The notes below the pieces were generated by a model. It did not search any database. It saw only the letters and a program-made list of their open reading frames with translations, and had not been told where the DNA came from. Both the position numbers and the translations under genes were made by a program. Shown here piece by piece: positions 1 through 10,936 of a stretch of DNA of 64,000 nucleotides. The stretch covers positions 68,288-132,287 of the forward strand of contig JBMNEM010000004.1 of the NCBI GenBank assembly GCA_050948785.1, read 5' to 3'. The number at the start of each line of letters is the position of its first letter. Position 1 is the stretch's first letter. Source of the stretch: Dethiobacteria bacterium. Lineage in GTDB: Bacteria; Bacillota; Dethiobacteria; DTU022; UBA8154.

Positions 1-757
1 TGCTAAGTTTACTGTGATCCGGGGCCAAAATCATGGGAACATGGGCATATTGAGGAATACTGTAGCCAAGCTGCTGCGCAAGAATTTGCTGGCGCGGGGT
101 ATTGGAAAGATGTTCCTCCGCCCTGATCACATGGGTAATACCCATTTTGTGATCATCAACTACAGAAGCAAAGTTATAAGTCGGCAAACCATCGGAACGG
201 ATAATAATAAAATCATCAAAGTTTGTATGATCAAAGGTTACTTCTCCTCTGATTATATCTTGGACTACTGTTTCTCCTTCTTTGGGCATTAAAAGCCGAA
301 TAACATAGCTGCTGCCGGCCTTTCTTTTTTCTCTTTCAGCCGGAGTCAAATCCCGGCAACGACCACTATAGCGCGGTGGCTGTTTCATTTGACGTTGTTT
401 TTCCTTTTCAGCCTGCAGCTCTTCGGCAGTGCAAAAGCAGTAGTAGGCCTGGCCTTTCTCCAGAAGCTTTTGTGCTTCCTCCTGATATATTTCCAGGCGT
501 TCCGACTGGAAATAAGGACCCTGCCCCCCGTCTACTCCCGGACCTTCATCCCAGTCCAAACCCAGCCATTGCATGGAATTGATAATCGAATCTAAAAACA
601 CGGGGGACGAACGCTGCTTGTCCGTATCATCAATTCTTAAAATCATCTTGCCCCCCCGGTTCCGTGCAAAAAGCCAGTTAAAAAGTGCTGTCCTCACTCC
701 CCCAATGTGCAGTTCTCCGGTAGGGCTGGGAGCAAATCTTACCCGCACCTCTTCCAT
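1..757 (-). CDS. gltX: glutamate--tRNA ligase, N-terminal portion (gene runs off window start)
   Basis: Minus-strand translation from the ATG at 757 reads [36 protein letters not shown]..., which carries the class I HIGH motif and the GluRS signature. There is no stop codon before position 1. The ORF is absent from the track because it is truncated by the window edge. Confidence 0.85.
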   Translation of the reverse strand, partial: MEEVRVRFAPSPTGELHIGGVRTALFNWLFARNRGGKMILRIDDTDKQRSSPVFLDSIINSMQWLGLDWDEGPGVDGGQGPYFQSERLEIYQEEAQKLLEKGQAYYCFCTAEELQAEKEKQRQMKQPPRYSGRCRDLTPAEREKRKAGSSYVIRLLMPKEGETVVQDIIRGEVTFDHTNFDDFIIIRSDGLPTYNFASVVDDHKMGITHVIRAEEHLSNTPRQQILAQQLGYSIPQYAHVPMILAPDHSKLS

Positions 758-864
758 TTTTAACACCTCATCTTTTACACCATTATAAACCTTTATTTCG
801 TTTTCTTTCTACAAAATCCTGCTTAATTTTCGAGCGAATCGTCAGAAGGGCACATATTAACAAA

Positions 865-887
865 AACCTCTCTTAGTAAGAGAGGTT
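865..887. terminator. bidirectional intrinsic terminator hairpin between the DUF1657 gene and gltX
   Basis: Perfect inverted repeat AACCTCTCT-tagta-AGAGAGGTT. It is flanked by an A-run upstream and TTTCC/TTTTGTT downstream on either strand. Confidence 0.6.
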
Positions 888-895
888 TTCCTTAA

Positions 896-1102
896 CTAAA
901 AGCCTTTATACTGGGGTTCCTGCTCTTCTATTTCCTGGATTCTTGTTTGCAGGCCTTCGGCAATGCTTTTTGTCTGGTCAGCAAACTGCGAAAAAACCTG
1001 TTTAACCATCTGATTGTTAGTTTCCAGCGCAAATGATTCCAGGTCTGCCTGGGCACTTTTCAGATTGGCCAGGCAGGTTTTTAATTTTGTGCCTACAGTC
1101 AT
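896..1102 (-). CDS. small DUF1657-family protein (spore-associated small protein family)
   Basis: 68 aa: MTVGTKLKTCLANLKSAQADLESFALETNNQ...EEQEPQYKGF. The length and the MTV...LKSAQA.LESFALET...EPQY pattern match the DUF1657 family that I recall. Confidence 0.55.
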   Translation of the reverse strand: MTVGTKLKTCLANLKSAQADLESFALETNNQMVKQVFSQFADQTKSIAEGLQTRIQEIEEQEPQYKGF

Positions 1103-1183
1103 CCACCACTACCTCCTATATTATAAATATTATGTTTATACCTTAGTATAAACTAAACGAACCGTAAAAATACCTGCCTGGCC

Positions 1184-2623
1184 TTACCTGCTAGTAGCCT
1201 CCGTTTCCACGGGTTTATCCAAAGCTCCGTTGTCCAAACTCTTTTCTTCGCTAATTTCTTCTTCATTTTTTTCTTCAATTTCCTTTTCCGGCAAAGTTCC
1301 CACGGCCATGATTTGCGGCGTAGGAGCATAACGATCTTTTCCCAGGTATTCCCTCGCACTTTCCTGCCCGTGCTCATAAAAGATGCGCACAGTTTCAACG
1401 ATAAAGCCTGGTTTGCCCTCCTGGATGATCCTGTGATAAGTAACAGGTTTATCTTTTCTTTGTTGATACTCTACCGGCGGATCTATTTTTTGTAAACTTT
1501 GCGTAACAATCTCTATTTTCTCTGCAGGGGAGGGAGAACCAAAAATAGTCGCCTTGATGCTATTTTCTAAAACCTGCAGGTGAATTAAAATATAATAAGG
1601 TTTATTATTACGAAACTTCAGATCCAGAAAATCATAGGCGATCGTCGCATCGTACCCCGGAGGGAGATACCCGACAGGCAACCCGTGATTATGGCGTTCC
1701 TCAATGCTTACTCCGGCTAAAAGGGCTGCATGATAAAGAGTCGAGGACACCTGGCAAATACCTCCTCCCGGCCCCGGCACCACGCGCTCATGAACAATGA
1801 TCGGCGCTTCCTTATAACCGGCCCCCAGGTTGGCTTCCCCGACAATCTGATTAAAGGAAAAAAGTTCCCCGGGGGCCAGAATGATATTATCCAATTTCTC
1901 TGCTGCCAGCGTGATATTGTGAACTCTGTTTTGATCCCGAGGATTTAAAAAAGTGGAAGCGGTCGCTATCTCCTCCCTGATACCCATATTCAGAATATGT
2001 AAAATTGTTTTCTTCGGAAACAGCCATTCCGTCTCCATATAAATTGTTAAGGGGAAGGAAGGCCAGCAGAACAGCTTCTCCAGGATTTCCTCCCCAGTTT
2101 TTTCTATCTTTAATCTACGTCCCTTTTGGGAGGGGTTCAATCTTAATTTGCCCTCTTCGGCGCGAATGGTTGCATTTTGCGGGGGGACGTACTTTTCTGC
2201 CTGAACAGGCCCTAAAGCTGTCATTAGCCTTTCTTCCTCGAAATTAAAGTGCCCCGGTATATAGACACTATGCGTAAAAAACCTGTACATTTCTTTAAAA
2301 TTAAAGGAATACTTTAGATTCGTTATTTCCCGCATCAGCTTCTCTTTAGCCAGGGTTAGGCCCAGTTCTTCCAGGGAAAAAACCAAAGGATTCTCTCCGG
2401 CAGTGATATAAATATTTATTTGCTCCTTTTTTAGTCTTTCGCGTTTTTCTTCCAAAAAGGTTTCCACTTCCCGGTAACTTTTGCCCCCCAGATAAGTATC
2501 TGCCAGGTAAACGCCCCGTGGAACCCTCCCTTTAAAATGAATATTTACAGCGATAACCAGCAAAAATGCAATGCCCAGCACCCCGAGCAGCACCTTTAAA
2601 ACCTTTAACCTCAAAGCCGGCAT
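1184..2623 (-). CDS. VanW-family protein with N-terminal membrane anchor
   Basis: 479 aa with an N-terminal TM helix. The VanW core motif is present: GELFSFNQIVGEANLGAGYKEAPII...GGGICQVSSTLYHAALLAG. The C-terminus is an acidic tail. Confidence 0.8.
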   Translation of the reverse strand: MPALRLKVLKVLLGVLGIAFLLVIAVNIHFKGRVPRGVYLADTYLGGKSYREVETFLEEKRERLKKEQINIYITAGENPLVFSLEELGLTLAKEKLMREITNLKYSFNFKEMYRFFTHSVYIPGHFNFEEERLMTALGPVQAEKYVPPQNATIRAEEGKLRLNPSQKGRRLKIEKTGEEILEKLFCWPSFPLTIYMETEWLFPKKTILHILNMGIREEIATASTFLNPRDQNRVHNITLAAEKLDNIILAPGELFSFNQIVGEANLGAGYKEAPIIVHERVVPGPGGGICQVSSTLYHAALLAGVSIEERHNHGLPVGYLPPGYDATIAYDFLDLKFRNNKPYYILIHLQVLENSIKATIFGSPSPAEKIEIVTQSLQKIDPPVEYQQRKDKPVTYHRIIQEGKPGFIVETVRIFYEHGQESAREYLGKDRYAPTPQIMAVGTLPEKEIEEKNEEEISEEKSLDNGALDKPVETEATSR

Positions 2624-2916
2624 ATTCCTACCACCACTTTTAAATGTACTTTTACCTCATTATATGTATGGATAACTCTACCTTACTATGCCTTAGAATC
2701 CAGGCATAAAAAAACCTGTGAGAAAAATCCCCACAGGTATAGGATGAGGTTAAATTTAAGTTTTTAAATTGCCTGGTTCTGTTGAGCAGTACAACCTGCA
2801 AAAAAAATCATACACTATTAAAAAAACCAGGACGGCACAATAGACAAAACACCTGCTTCTTGATAGCGTCCCGAAAAGTAACAATGGATATTAACAATAA
2901 ATATAATGTATATTGC

Positions 2917-4044
2917 TTACAGTAAAGAAAGAAAGACACCGGCGACTACTGCAGAACCAATCACCCCGGCCACATTGGGTCCCATGGCATGCATCAACAA
3001 AAAATTACTGGGATTGGCTTCCCGTCCAACCACCTGCGAAACCCTGGCCGCCATGGGCACGGCTGAAACCCCTGCTGAACCGATGAGAGGATTGACTTTG
3101 CCACCTGTAGCCTTGCACATGATTTTGCCCATAAGCACACCACCGGCGGTTCCGATGGCAAAGGCCACCAGCCCCAAAGCGATTATTTGCAGTGTTTCCG
3201 CTTTTAAAAAGTAGGTAGCATTCGCCTTGGCACCAACAGTGAGCCCCAGAAAAATAACGATAATATTATTCAGCTCATTTTGGGCAGCCCCGCTGAGACG
3301 CTCTGTTACCCCGCACTCCCTTAAAAGATTGCCAAACATGAGCATTCCCAAAAGAGGGATCGCTGCCGGTAGAAAAAGCCCCGTCAGGATAATCACAATG
3401 ATAGGGAATAGAACTTTTTCTTTTTTGGAAACGGGCCGGAGCTGCTGCATGACTATCTTTCTTTCTTTTTCGGTGGTCAGCGCTTTCATAATCGGCGGCT
3501 GGATAATAGGTACCAGGGCCATGTAAGAATAGGCAGCAATGGCAATGGCCCCTAAAAGATGCGGTGCCATCTTGGAAGTCAGGTATATAGCCGTGGGGCC
3601 GTCAGCACCACCGATGATCCCGATTGAACCTGCTTCCGGCAATGAAAAACCAAGTATTAGCGCCCCTAAAAATGTAAAAAAGATGCCCAACTGTGCTGCT
3701 GCTCCCAGCAGCAGGGTCATGGGATTGGCAATAAGAGGGCCAAAATCTGTTAAGGCACCTACCCCTAAAAAGATCAGCGGAGGATAAATGCCCAGTTCGA
3801 TACCCTGATAAAGATAATAGAAAAGACCTCCAACCTGCCCATCCACGGGTGGATCCATCAGCCCCCCCAGCGGTAGATTGACGAGCAGCATCCCAAAGCT
3901 GATCGGTACTAATAAAAGAGGTTCGTATTTCTTCTCAATACCCAGGTATAAAAGAAAAAGGGCGACGGCAATCATTATTAATTCCGGAAAAGCCAATTGG
4001 GCAAATCCGGTATCTTTAATAAAACTCAAAAGACTGGCAAGCAT
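2917..4044 (-). CDS. Na+-translocating decarboxylase beta subunit (OadB/GcdB/MmdB family)
   Basis: 375 aa polytopic membrane protein. It reads [19 protein letters not shown]...[13 protein letters not shown]...[28 protein letters not shown], typical of the sodium-pump decarboxylase beta chain. Confidence 0.85.
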   Translation of the reverse strand: MLASLLSFIKDTGFAQLAFPELIMIAVALFLLYLGIEKKYEPLLLVPISFGMLLVNLPLGGLMDPPVDGQVGGLFYYLYQGIELGIYPPLIFLGVGALTDFGPLIANPMTLLLGAAAQLGIFFTFLGALILGFSLPEAGSIGIIGGADGPTAIYLTSKMAPHLLGAIAIAAYSYMALVPIIQPPIMKALTTEKERKIVMQQLRPVSKKEKVLFPIIVIILTGLFLPAAIPLLGMLMFGNLLRECGVTERLSGAAQNELNNIIVIFLGLTVGAKANATYFLKAETLQIIALGLVAFAIGTAGGVLMGKIMCKATGGKVNPLIGSAGVSAVPMAARVSQVVGREANPSNFLLMHAMGPNVAGVIGSAVVAGVFLSLL

Positions 4045-4061
4045 TTTTACCCCTCCCCGAA

Positions 4062-4466
4062 TTATTCAATCACAAGCATCAGATCTCCGGTATTGACAGA
4101 TGAACCTACGGTAACATTAATTGATTTTACAACTCCTGATTCGGGGGCGGTTATTTCGTTTTCCATTTTCATTGCTTCCAGAATAAGCAATGTATCCCCA
4201 GCATTAACCTGTGCACCCACCTCTACTTTAATATCGAGGATAGAACCCGGCATGGGCGCAGTTACTTCCAAACCGCCGCTGGCTTTGGGTGCAGGTGGCT
4301 CTTCTACTTTAGGGGGAGCTGCCGGAGCTACCGGAGCCGCCGGTTTACTCACCGGTGCTGCTTGTACTTGCGGTGCTGCAGGTTGTTGTACCCCTGTTGT
4401 TTGTTCTGCCTCTTCAATAACAACCTCAAATGGTTCGCCATTAACATAAACTTTGTATTTTTTCAT
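4062..4466 (-). CDS. biotin carboxyl carrier subunit of the decarboxylase (biotinyl domain)
   Basis: 134 aa with an Ala/Pro-rich linker and the C-terminal biotinyl-lysine motif [10 protein letters not shown]. Confidence 0.85.
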   Translation of the reverse strand: MKKYKVYVNGEPFEVVIEEAEQTTGVQQPAAPQVQAAPVSKPAAPVAPAAPPKVEEPPAPKASGGLEVTAPMPGSILDIKVEVGAQVNAGDTLLILEAMKMENEITAPESGVVKSINVTVGSSVNTGDLMLVIE

Positions 4467-4879
4467 CTGAATTTCCCCCTTTTATATGATACAAAATCTT
4501 GCCTTAAGTTTATGAGCCTCGTCCGTCCGGCCTGTGCCCAGGTATCATTTAGCGAACTCTTACTTTGGATTTCTGCAATGATAGGGAACTTTGGGGCCTG
4601 TTTTTCAAATGTATATTTTAGGGCTCCAATTGCTGCAGCCACAATTTCCGGCCTTAAAGCCCTATCGGTAGAGCTTATCTCCACCCGGGTTTTTGCGGCT
4701 GGTTTAACTTGTTGCTCAACTTTCTGTGAAACAGCTTTTCCCCCTTTTTCTTGTCCTTTTTTATCACCGCCAAATACTTTGGTGAAGACAAGCAAAATCC
4801 CCGCCAGTACAAACAAAGTGACTATCGTAACTGTAAAACCAATCACTAAAATTTCCAAGCCTGATATGAAATTATCCAT
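4463..4879 (-). CDS. decarboxylase gamma/delta-type small membrane subunit (OadG-like)
   Basis: 138 aa. The N-terminus MDNFISGLEILVIGFTVTIVTLFVLAGILLVF is the OadG-like single TM. Its stop overlaps the downstream biotin-carrier gene by 4 bp, which suggests translational coupling. Confidence 0.6.
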   Translation of the reverse strand: MDNFISGLEILVIGFTVTIVTLFVLAGILLVFTKVFGGDKKGQEKGGKAVSQKVEQQVKPAAKTRVEISSTDRALRPEIVAAAIGALKYTFEKQAPKFPIIAEIQSKSSLNDTWAQAGRTRLINLRQDFVSYKRGKFR

Positions 4880-5077
4880 CTCCTACCCCCCTCTCTTTAA
4901 TGCTTTGGCATGTAATTTTCCCACCCCCCTGTCAATCCCAAACAAGTTCTCAACTCTTTCATAAAACGCCTTTTTTGGCAATAAAGCGATAATCTATTCA
5001 CAATATCATTAATTCTTTAGGCAGGCGCAAAACCCTTTTTTTTCGCAATTTAAATGTTTTTAAACACTTTTTGTTTT

Positions 5078-5899
5078 TCATGCCATATTTTTTAACTTCT
5101 TTAAATAGTGATAATCAATCGTCACAGTACCAATAGCAGGAGCTGAACCGATACCTTCCCCGTGGTAATCTGAGCCCCCGGTAACCAAAAGTTTATGTTT
5201 TTGGGCTATCTTTAGATAGTTGTTTTCATCCACAGACCGGTGATCAGGATGGAAAACTTCAATACCCATAAGGCCTTCCGCAACCATGCCGGGAATGAGC
5301 CTGTCTTCCCCGTAAATTCCCGGGTGGGCGAGCACAGGAATTCCTCCCGCCCCGCGGACCAAGTCAATAGCTTGAAAAAAATCCAGCTTGTAACGCTTTA
5401 TGTACGCCGGACAGCCTTTGCCAATATACTTTTCAAAGGCCTCTGCCGGTGTATGACAGTAACCTTTGCGGTAAAGTGCTAAAGCCAGGTGGGGCCTTCC
5501 CGGTGCTTTACCTTGGGTTTGAGCAAGTATTTCCGCTAAATCAATCTCTACACCCAACTCTCCCAACTTGGTGATCATCTTTTTAATTCTTTCATGCCGG
5601 CTCGCAGCCATTTGTTCTAAAAAGTTTTTTAGCCGGTGATTTTGGGGATCACAAAAATAGCCGAGTAAATGAAATTCTTTTTCCCCTTTACTCGTGCTCA
5701 ACTCCACCCCGGGGATTATTTCCACACCGTAACTTTTCCCTGCCGTTTCAGCCGGGGCAATCCCCTCCAGAGTATCATGATCGGTAATGCCAACAGCAAC
5801 AATACCCTTCTCTTTTGCTGTCTTGACAACTTGCACAGGGTTTAAAGAACCATCGGAAAAAGTAGTATGAATATGCAGATCCACGCGTTTCATGACCAT
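5078..5899 (-). CDS. PHP-domain metal-dependent phosphoesterase
   Basis: The motif VDLHIHTTFSDGS and the downstream GITDHD...H are PHP-family hallmarks. I chose the ATG at 5899, which has GGGAGGG 8 nt upstream. The track ORF extends to 6001 with a non-conserved N-terminus. Confidence 0.75.
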   Translation of the reverse strand: MVMKRVDLHIHTTFSDGSLNPVQVVKTAKEKGIVAVGITDHDTLEGIAPAETAGKSYGVEIIPGVELSTSKGEKEFHLLGYFCDPQNHRLKNFLEQMAASRHERIKKMITKLGELGVEIDLAEILAQTQGKAPGRPHLALALYRKGYCHTPAEAFEKYIGKGCPAYIKRYKLDFFQAIDLVRGAGGIPVLAHPGIYGEDRLIPGMVAEGLMGIEVFHPDHRSVDENNYLKIAQKHKLLVTGGSDYHGEGIGSAPAIGTVTIDYHYLKKLKNMA

Positions 5900-6096
5900 T
5901 TCTACACCCTCCCGCCTCTCCACTATAAGATTCAGAAAAATTGTTCCTGGAGCTTTTATAAACATATTCATTATAAATATAATATCATAGTCTTTGATCA
6001 ACAGGCATAAAAAAACACACCTTTGAAGAAAAGGAGTGTAATCGGAGCAAAATCAGTTTAAGTTTATATAAAAAAAGCCTAAAAAATCAAATGTCT

Positions 6097-6357
6097 TTAA
6101 CGCGGTTCAACAATTAGTTTAATCGCTGTTCTCTCTTCCCCATCAATTTGAATATCTGTAAACGCGGGAATACAGATTAAATCCATACCGCTGGGAGCAA
6201 CGAATCCCCTGGCGATAGCTACAGCCTTAACAGCCTGATTTAGTGCACCGGCCCCAATGGCTTGGATTTCAGCCCCTCCCCGTTCCCTTAAAACCCCTGC
6301 TAAAGCACCAGCCACAGAATTAGGATTAGATTTTGCTGAAACTTTTAATACTTCCAT
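6097..6357 (-). CDS. spoVS: stage V sporulation protein S
   Basis: 86 aa: MEVLKVSAKSNPNSVAGALAGVLRERGGAEIQAIGAGALNQAVKAVAIARGF...TAIKLIVEPR. This is near-identical in pattern to the SpoVS I recall. Confidence 0.95.
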   Translation of the reverse strand: MEVLKVSAKSNPNSVAGALAGVLRERGGAEIQAIGAGALNQAVKAVAIARGFVAPSGMDLICIPAFTDIQIDGEERTAIKLIVEPR

Positions 6358-6548
6358 TTAAGCTAATTGTACCTCCTTTATAGAAATATTTTGCTTTATT
6401 TTCTCTTAATTATATTCGCCAGTTTTTAAAATTTTCCTTCTTTTAATTGAAAAAATTTTAAATATTTTTTTAATATTAGAAGCACTGCACTTTGTATAAA
6501 TTATCTACTAAAAAATAGCCGGGCTTTTTACTCCAACTTGTTTTATAT

Positions 6549-7067
6549 TTATTTATCAAAAACATAAACCTTTCCCGCTTCACGAAACGCAAATAAATTT
6601 TCTTGCTCCTGTTTCTTTTTTTCCGGTAGCAAACATTCAATAAAATCTTCACTATGAATCTCTCTTTCACCGCTTAAATAGCTATTTTCACGCGTATCAA
6701 CAATTATTTCTTTTTTAAACTCATTTAAAATTAAACTGCTGACCAAGTTTATTTCTTCAAAACAAATGCTCTTTTTATAAAAAGTTACCTGCAATAAAGT
6801 CCACGCTTTAATTAACTTCTTACTAATTTTCGGTGAAACAGGTTGTTCAAATTCCAAAATCCCGTAATAAGCTTTCAAACAATCAGAGAAATGTTTCCTA
6901 AACTTTATGTATCTTTCCTGTTCTACATTTACCTTTAACATAAAGGAAAGTTTAAAAACTGCTTCAGCTAAATTATAGTTAATTGTGAAAATCTCCGGAA
7001 AACGAACCAGCAGGCTGACCAATAAATTAACACTGGACAGTTCACCGGGGGATTGTTCGAGTTTCAT
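6549..7067 (-). CDS. hypothetical protein (AT-rich orphan gene)
   Basis: 172 aa with no TM and no recognisable motif. It is K/E/F/L-rich and sits in a markedly AT-rich stretch (about 6360-7280) between rny and spoVS. Confidence 0.4.
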   Translation of the reverse strand: MKLEQSPGELSSVNLLVSLLVRFPEIFTINYNLAEAVFKLSFMLKVNVEQERYIKFRKHFSDCLKAYYGILEFEQPVSPKISKKLIKAWTLLQVTFYKKSICFEEINLVSSLILNEFKKEIIVDTRENSYLSGEREIHSEDFIECLLPEKKKQEQENLFAFREAGKVYVFDK

Positions 7068-7277
7068 AAAAATTCCTCCTTGTATACTATAAACAGCAAA
7101 CAGCGGCTCTATGATTAAAGGACAAAAAAATAACTTTCCGCATGATCCGGTATTCGTTCCGGATCCGGCGTTTTCAATGGAATTTAAATTTTAATATTCC
7201 ATAATAGCAGAATAAATTCCTTCTGAAAAAAGAAAAAAGTGCCTTGCGGCACTAATTACCATTACTCTGTTTAATTT

Positions 7278-8816
7278 TTATCGGGCATATTCTACTGCCC
7301 GGATCTCTCTAATTACAGTAACTTTAATCTGTCCGGGATATTCCAGTTCCTTCTCAATTTTTTTTGTAATTTCCCTGGCAACTTGTGTCGCCGTCACATC
7401 GTCAATTTTATCTGGTTTAACCATGATGCGAATTTCACGGCCTGCTTGAATAGCATAGGCTTTTTCAACCCCATCAAAAGAATCTGCTATTTCTTCCAGT
7501 TTTTCCAGGCGTTTGATATAGGCTTCCAGTGTTTCGCGTCTGGCACCAGGCCTGGCCGCAGAAATAGCATCAGCGGCTTGCACTAAAACCGCCTCTAAAG
7601 TTTGGGGTTCAATATCACCGTGATGAGCGGCAATCGCGTTATTTACCTCTAATGATTCTCGAAACTTTTTGGCCAGTTCAGCTCCGTTGACAACATGAGG
7701 TCCTTCAATCTCATGATCCAGAGCCTTCCCTATATCATGAAGTAAACCTGCCCTTTTTGCCAATTTAATATCAAGTCCCAATTCCGCAGCCATGATGCTG
7801 GCCAAGTGAGCCACCTCTAAAGAATGTTTAAGCACATTTTGGCCATAACTGGTACGGAACCTCAACCTTCCAAGCATTTTGACCAGCTCCGGATGAAGCC
7901 CGTGTACACCTGCTTCAAACGTAGCCTGTTCCCCTTCTTCGCGTATTTGTGCATCAACTTCATGACGGGCTTTTTCCACCATTTCTTCTATACGGGCAGG
8001 GTGTATTCGACCATCAATAATCAATTTTTCCAAAGCCAAACGGGCTACCTCTCTACGAATGGGATCAAAACCGGATAGAATTACCGCTTCCGGAGTATCA
8101 TCAATAATTAAATCAATACCCGTTAATGTTTCCAAAGTCCGGATATTTCTTCCTTCTCTTCCAATAATACGCCCCTTCATCTCATCATTGGGCAAGCTGA
8201 CAACGGAAACAGTAGACTCCGAAACATGATCTGCAGCATATCGCTGTATAGCCTGAGAAATAATTTCCCGGGCTTTTTTTTCTGCTTCCTCTTTGGCCTG
8301 CTGCTCTACATCTTTAATCATCTGTGCAAGTTCATATTGTATTTCATCTTTAACCCGTTTAAGAATGACCTCCCTGGCTTCCTCCGTAGATAATCCTGAA
8401 ATCTTTTCCAACTCCTGCAGTTGCTGCTGATGAATTTCTTCCATCCTTTTACGAATCAGCACAGTTTCTTCTTCCCGCTTTTTTAATTCTTCATCTCTTT
8501 TTTCTAACTGAAAAGTCTTCTTATCCAGGATCTCTTCTTTTTGTAGTATGCGCCTTTCCAAACGCTGCAGCTCTAAACGTCGTTCCTTGGTCTCCTTTTC
8601 TAATTCATGCCTGAGCTTGTGAACCTCTTCTTTGGCTTCCAGTATTTTTTCTTTTTTTTCTGTCCGTGCTTTTTCTTCGGCTTCTTTTAAAATCTTTTTT
8701 GCAGCCTCTTCTGCAGACATAAGCTTGGTTTCAGTAAAGTATTTAGGAATAAAGTAGCCAACTCCCAATCCTAATAAAATGCCGATTATTCCGGTAATTA
8801 CTGCTAATAAATCCAA
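7278..8816 (-). CDS. rny: ribonuclease Y
   Basis: 512 aa. It has an N-terminal TM, a coiled-coil, a KH domain ([15 protein letters not shown]) and an HD domain (HSLEVAHL...LLHDIGK). Confidence 0.95.
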   Translation of the reverse strand: MDLLAVITGIIGILLGLGVGYFIPKYFTETKLMSAEEAAKKILKEAEEKARTEKKEKILEAKEEVHKLRHELEKETKERRLELQRLERRILQKEEILDKKTFQLEKRDEELKKREEETVLIRKRMEEIHQQQLQELEKISGLSTEEAREVILKRVKDEIQYELAQMIKDVEQQAKEEAEKKAREIISQAIQRYAADHVSESTVSVVSLPNDEMKGRIIGREGRNIRTLETLTGIDLIIDDTPEAVILSGFDPIRREVARLALEKLIIDGRIHPARIEEMVEKARHEVDAQIREEGEQATFEAGVHGLHPELVKMLGRLRFRTSYGQNVLKHSLEVAHLASIMAAELGLDIKLAKRAGLLHDIGKALDHEIEGPHVVNGAELAKKFRESLEVNNAIAAHHGDIEPQTLEAVLVQAADAISAARPGARRETLEAYIKRLEKLEEIADSFDGVEKAYAIQAGREIRIMVKPDKIDDVTATQVAREITKKIEKELEYPGQIKVTVIREIRAVEYAR

Positions 8817-9145
8817 TGAGCTTTTTCACCTCCTGTTTCATTAATTTAATCACGATTCAATAAAAATAAGCTGTGGAATCACAGCTTAAAATAGAAATGG
8901 CCATATTTCATCCTCGACCTGCAAGATAACAAAAGGATGGCAAGAATGACTGGTATATAATTTAGGTTTATATAAAAATGCCAAAAACCCGGTATGGCAT
9001 CATTCCATGGTCAAATCTATTTTAAGGACAGTAAATCTCCTGAGGAAAGGATTTTACTGTTTCTTAAAGCAATTTTATCCTCTTTACGAGGTTATGTCAA
9101 GTAAGAAAAGTTTTTAAAAAATGGCCCATGCATCTTGTTTTTAAA

Positions 9146-10186
9146 TTATTTTACCCCATTAACCTTGTTATTTTTCTCCTCTTCATTTTTATTTTCATTT
9201 TTATTGGATAGGTTATATTCCAGTCGTAGCTGTCTTTCAATTTCTTGATATAAATCAACGTTCGTTTTTAAAAATTCTTTAGCGTTCTCTCTCCCCTGCC
9301 CCAATCTCTCATCCTTATAAGAATACCATGTCCCACTTCTGCTGACAATTTCTTTTTCCAAAGCCAAATCCAAAACGCATCCTTCTTTGGAAATCCCTTC
9401 CCCAAAAATAATATCAAACTCCGCTTGTTTAAAAGGAGGAGCCAGTTTATTTTTTACTACCTTTGCCCTTGTGCGGTTGCCGATCATCTCGTTGCCCCGC
9501 TTCAATGTTTCCATCCTGCGTACATCAATCCGTACAGAAGAATAAAACTTTAATGCCCTGCCGCCAGGGGTAACCTCGGGATTGCCGAACATAATACCTA
9601 CTTTTTCCCGAATCTGATTGATAAAAATTGATGTTGTTTGTGATTTACTGATTTGACCGGAAAGTTTTCTCATGGCCTGAGACATTAAACGTGCCTGCAA
9701 GCCAACGTGCGTATCGCCCATTTCCCCCTCAATCTCTGCCCGGGGCACAAGAGCCGCCACTGAATCAATCACCAAAACATCGATAGCCCCACTGCGTACC
9801 AGCGCCTCTGCAATTTCCAAAGCCTGTTCTCCCGTATCCGGTTGGGAAACCAGAAGTTCATCAATATTTACGCCCAGCTTTTGGGCATAAATTGGATCAA
9901 GGGCATGTTCGGCATCGATGAAAACTGCAAAACCCCCATTTTTCTGTGCCTCCGCAATGATATGCAGGGCTACTGTAGTTTTCCCCGAAGATTCGGGGCC
10001 ATAGATTTCCACAACTCTACCCCGGGGGACACCTCCAATACCCAAAGCAATATCCAAAGATAATGCCCCCGTAGGAATTATATCGATAGGTTGCCGGTTT
10101 TCCGAACCCAGCTTCATAATGGAACCTTTTCCGAACTGTTTTTCTATTTGCAACAAAGCCGTATCCAACGCTTTTTTCTTTTCCAC
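9146..10186 (-). CDS. recA: recombinase RecA
   Basis: 346 aa with the Walker [10 protein letters not shown] and the canonical RecA core. The C-terminus has a K/N/E-rich extension. Confidence 0.97.
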   Translation of the reverse strand: MEKKKALDTALLQIEKQFGKGSIMKLGSENRQPIDIIPTGALSLDIALGIGGVPRGRVVEIYGPESSGKTTVALHIIAEAQKNGGFAVFIDAEHALDPIYAQKLGVNIDELLVSQPDTGEQALEIAEALVRSGAIDVLVIDSVAALVPRAEIEGEMGDTHVGLQARLMSQAMRKLSGQISKSQTTSIFINQIREKVGIMFGNPEVTPGGRALKFYSSVRIDVRRMETLKRGNEMIGNRTRAKVVKNKLAPPFKQAEFDIIFGEGISKEGCVLDLALEKEIVSRSGTWYSYKDERLGQGRENAKEFLKTNVDLYQEIERQLRLEYNLSNKNENKNEEEKNNKVNGVK

Positions 10187-10259
10187 GCTTCCCCCAACCT
10201 CCTTAAATAACTTTTTCCATACTAAACACCTGTTTGGTCATTTTCATTTTAACTATTCT

Positions 10260-10877
10260 TCAATCCAGGGGAAACTTCCTGCTTTTTTCATCTTTTTTAA
10301 ACCAAAATTTCTTTACCGGCGTATAAACAGGTCCCGTTGGATACAATACGCTTTGCATTAAATAAAAACTTTCCACCCACAGCTTATTTTTACATACCCA
10401 CATCTCATCAAACACATCTTTGGCGGCCCAAAACCGTTCACCTTTTTTCTTCTTTCTACCTATGGTGATATGCGGCCGAAATTGTTCCCTGGTAATTTTC
10501 CGGGAGTTGTTCCCGGAACCTCGCCAGGGTTTTAAAACTTTTAAACACTGCTCAATGTCCCCGGCTAATTTACCCAGCTGCAAAGCCCCTTCTTCTACAC
10601 CAATCCAGAATACCCGGGGGTTGCTCAAAGAAGGAAATGCTCCCAAACGGGCCAAAGAAACAGTAAAAGCAGCTGTTTTTTCTCCCAGCTCCCTGAAGGG
10701 TTTTTCTAAAACATCTAGCGCATCATCACCCAATTCCCCTAAAAATTTCAAGGTGATATGTAATAAAGGCGGAGCAACCCAGCGAACCCCTTGTATTTTT
10801 TTGCGCAGTTTATCTTGTATCTGCGCCAGTTCCTCTCGCAATTCTGCATGCAAGTTTACAGCTAAAAAAACTCTCAT
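10260..10877 (-). CDS. thpR: RNA 2',3'-cyclic phosphodiesterase (2H phosphoesterase, ThpR/LigT-like)
   Basis: Two H-x-T-x motifs (LLHITLKFLG and RPHITIGR) separated by about 100 aa. Confidence 0.75.
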   Translation of the reverse strand: MRVFLAVNLHAELREELAQIQDKLRKKIQGVRWVAPPLLHITLKFLGELGDDALDVLEKPFRELGEKTAAFTVSLARLGAFPSLSNPRVFWIGVEEGALQLGKLAGDIEQCLKVLKPWRGSGNNSRKITREQFRPHITIGRKKKKGERFWAAKDVFDEMWVCKNKLWVESFYLMQSVLYPTGPVYTPVKKFWFKKDEKSRKFPLD

Positions 10878-10936
10878 GATATCCCCTTCCGCCTTTATAT
10901 AATTCCATTATCCCCGCAAATCTCCTGCTAGAAAAT

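Noticed and set aside
3227-4449. Several plus-strand ORFs (82-150 aa) antisense to the decarboxylase beta and biotin-carrier genes
   Set aside because: They are fully contained in strongly supported minus-strand genes and have no motifs or RBS. They are typical GC-skewed antisense frames.
5899-6001. Extended N-termini in the ORF track (PHP protein to 6001, GT2 to 43587, uppS to 48592, dut to 29378, rimP to 42669, nrnA to 37816)
   Set aside because: The track uses the longest stop-to-start frame, including TTG and GTG. In each case an internal ATG with a Shine-Dalgarno sequence fits homolog length better, or avoids overlapping the upstream gene, so I trimmed these starts.
2695-6016. Exact 15-mer CAGGCATAAAAAAAC present at 2697 and 6001
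   Set aside because: For a 64-kb AT-biased window, one or two chance 15-mer matches are expected. There is no extended similarity around them.
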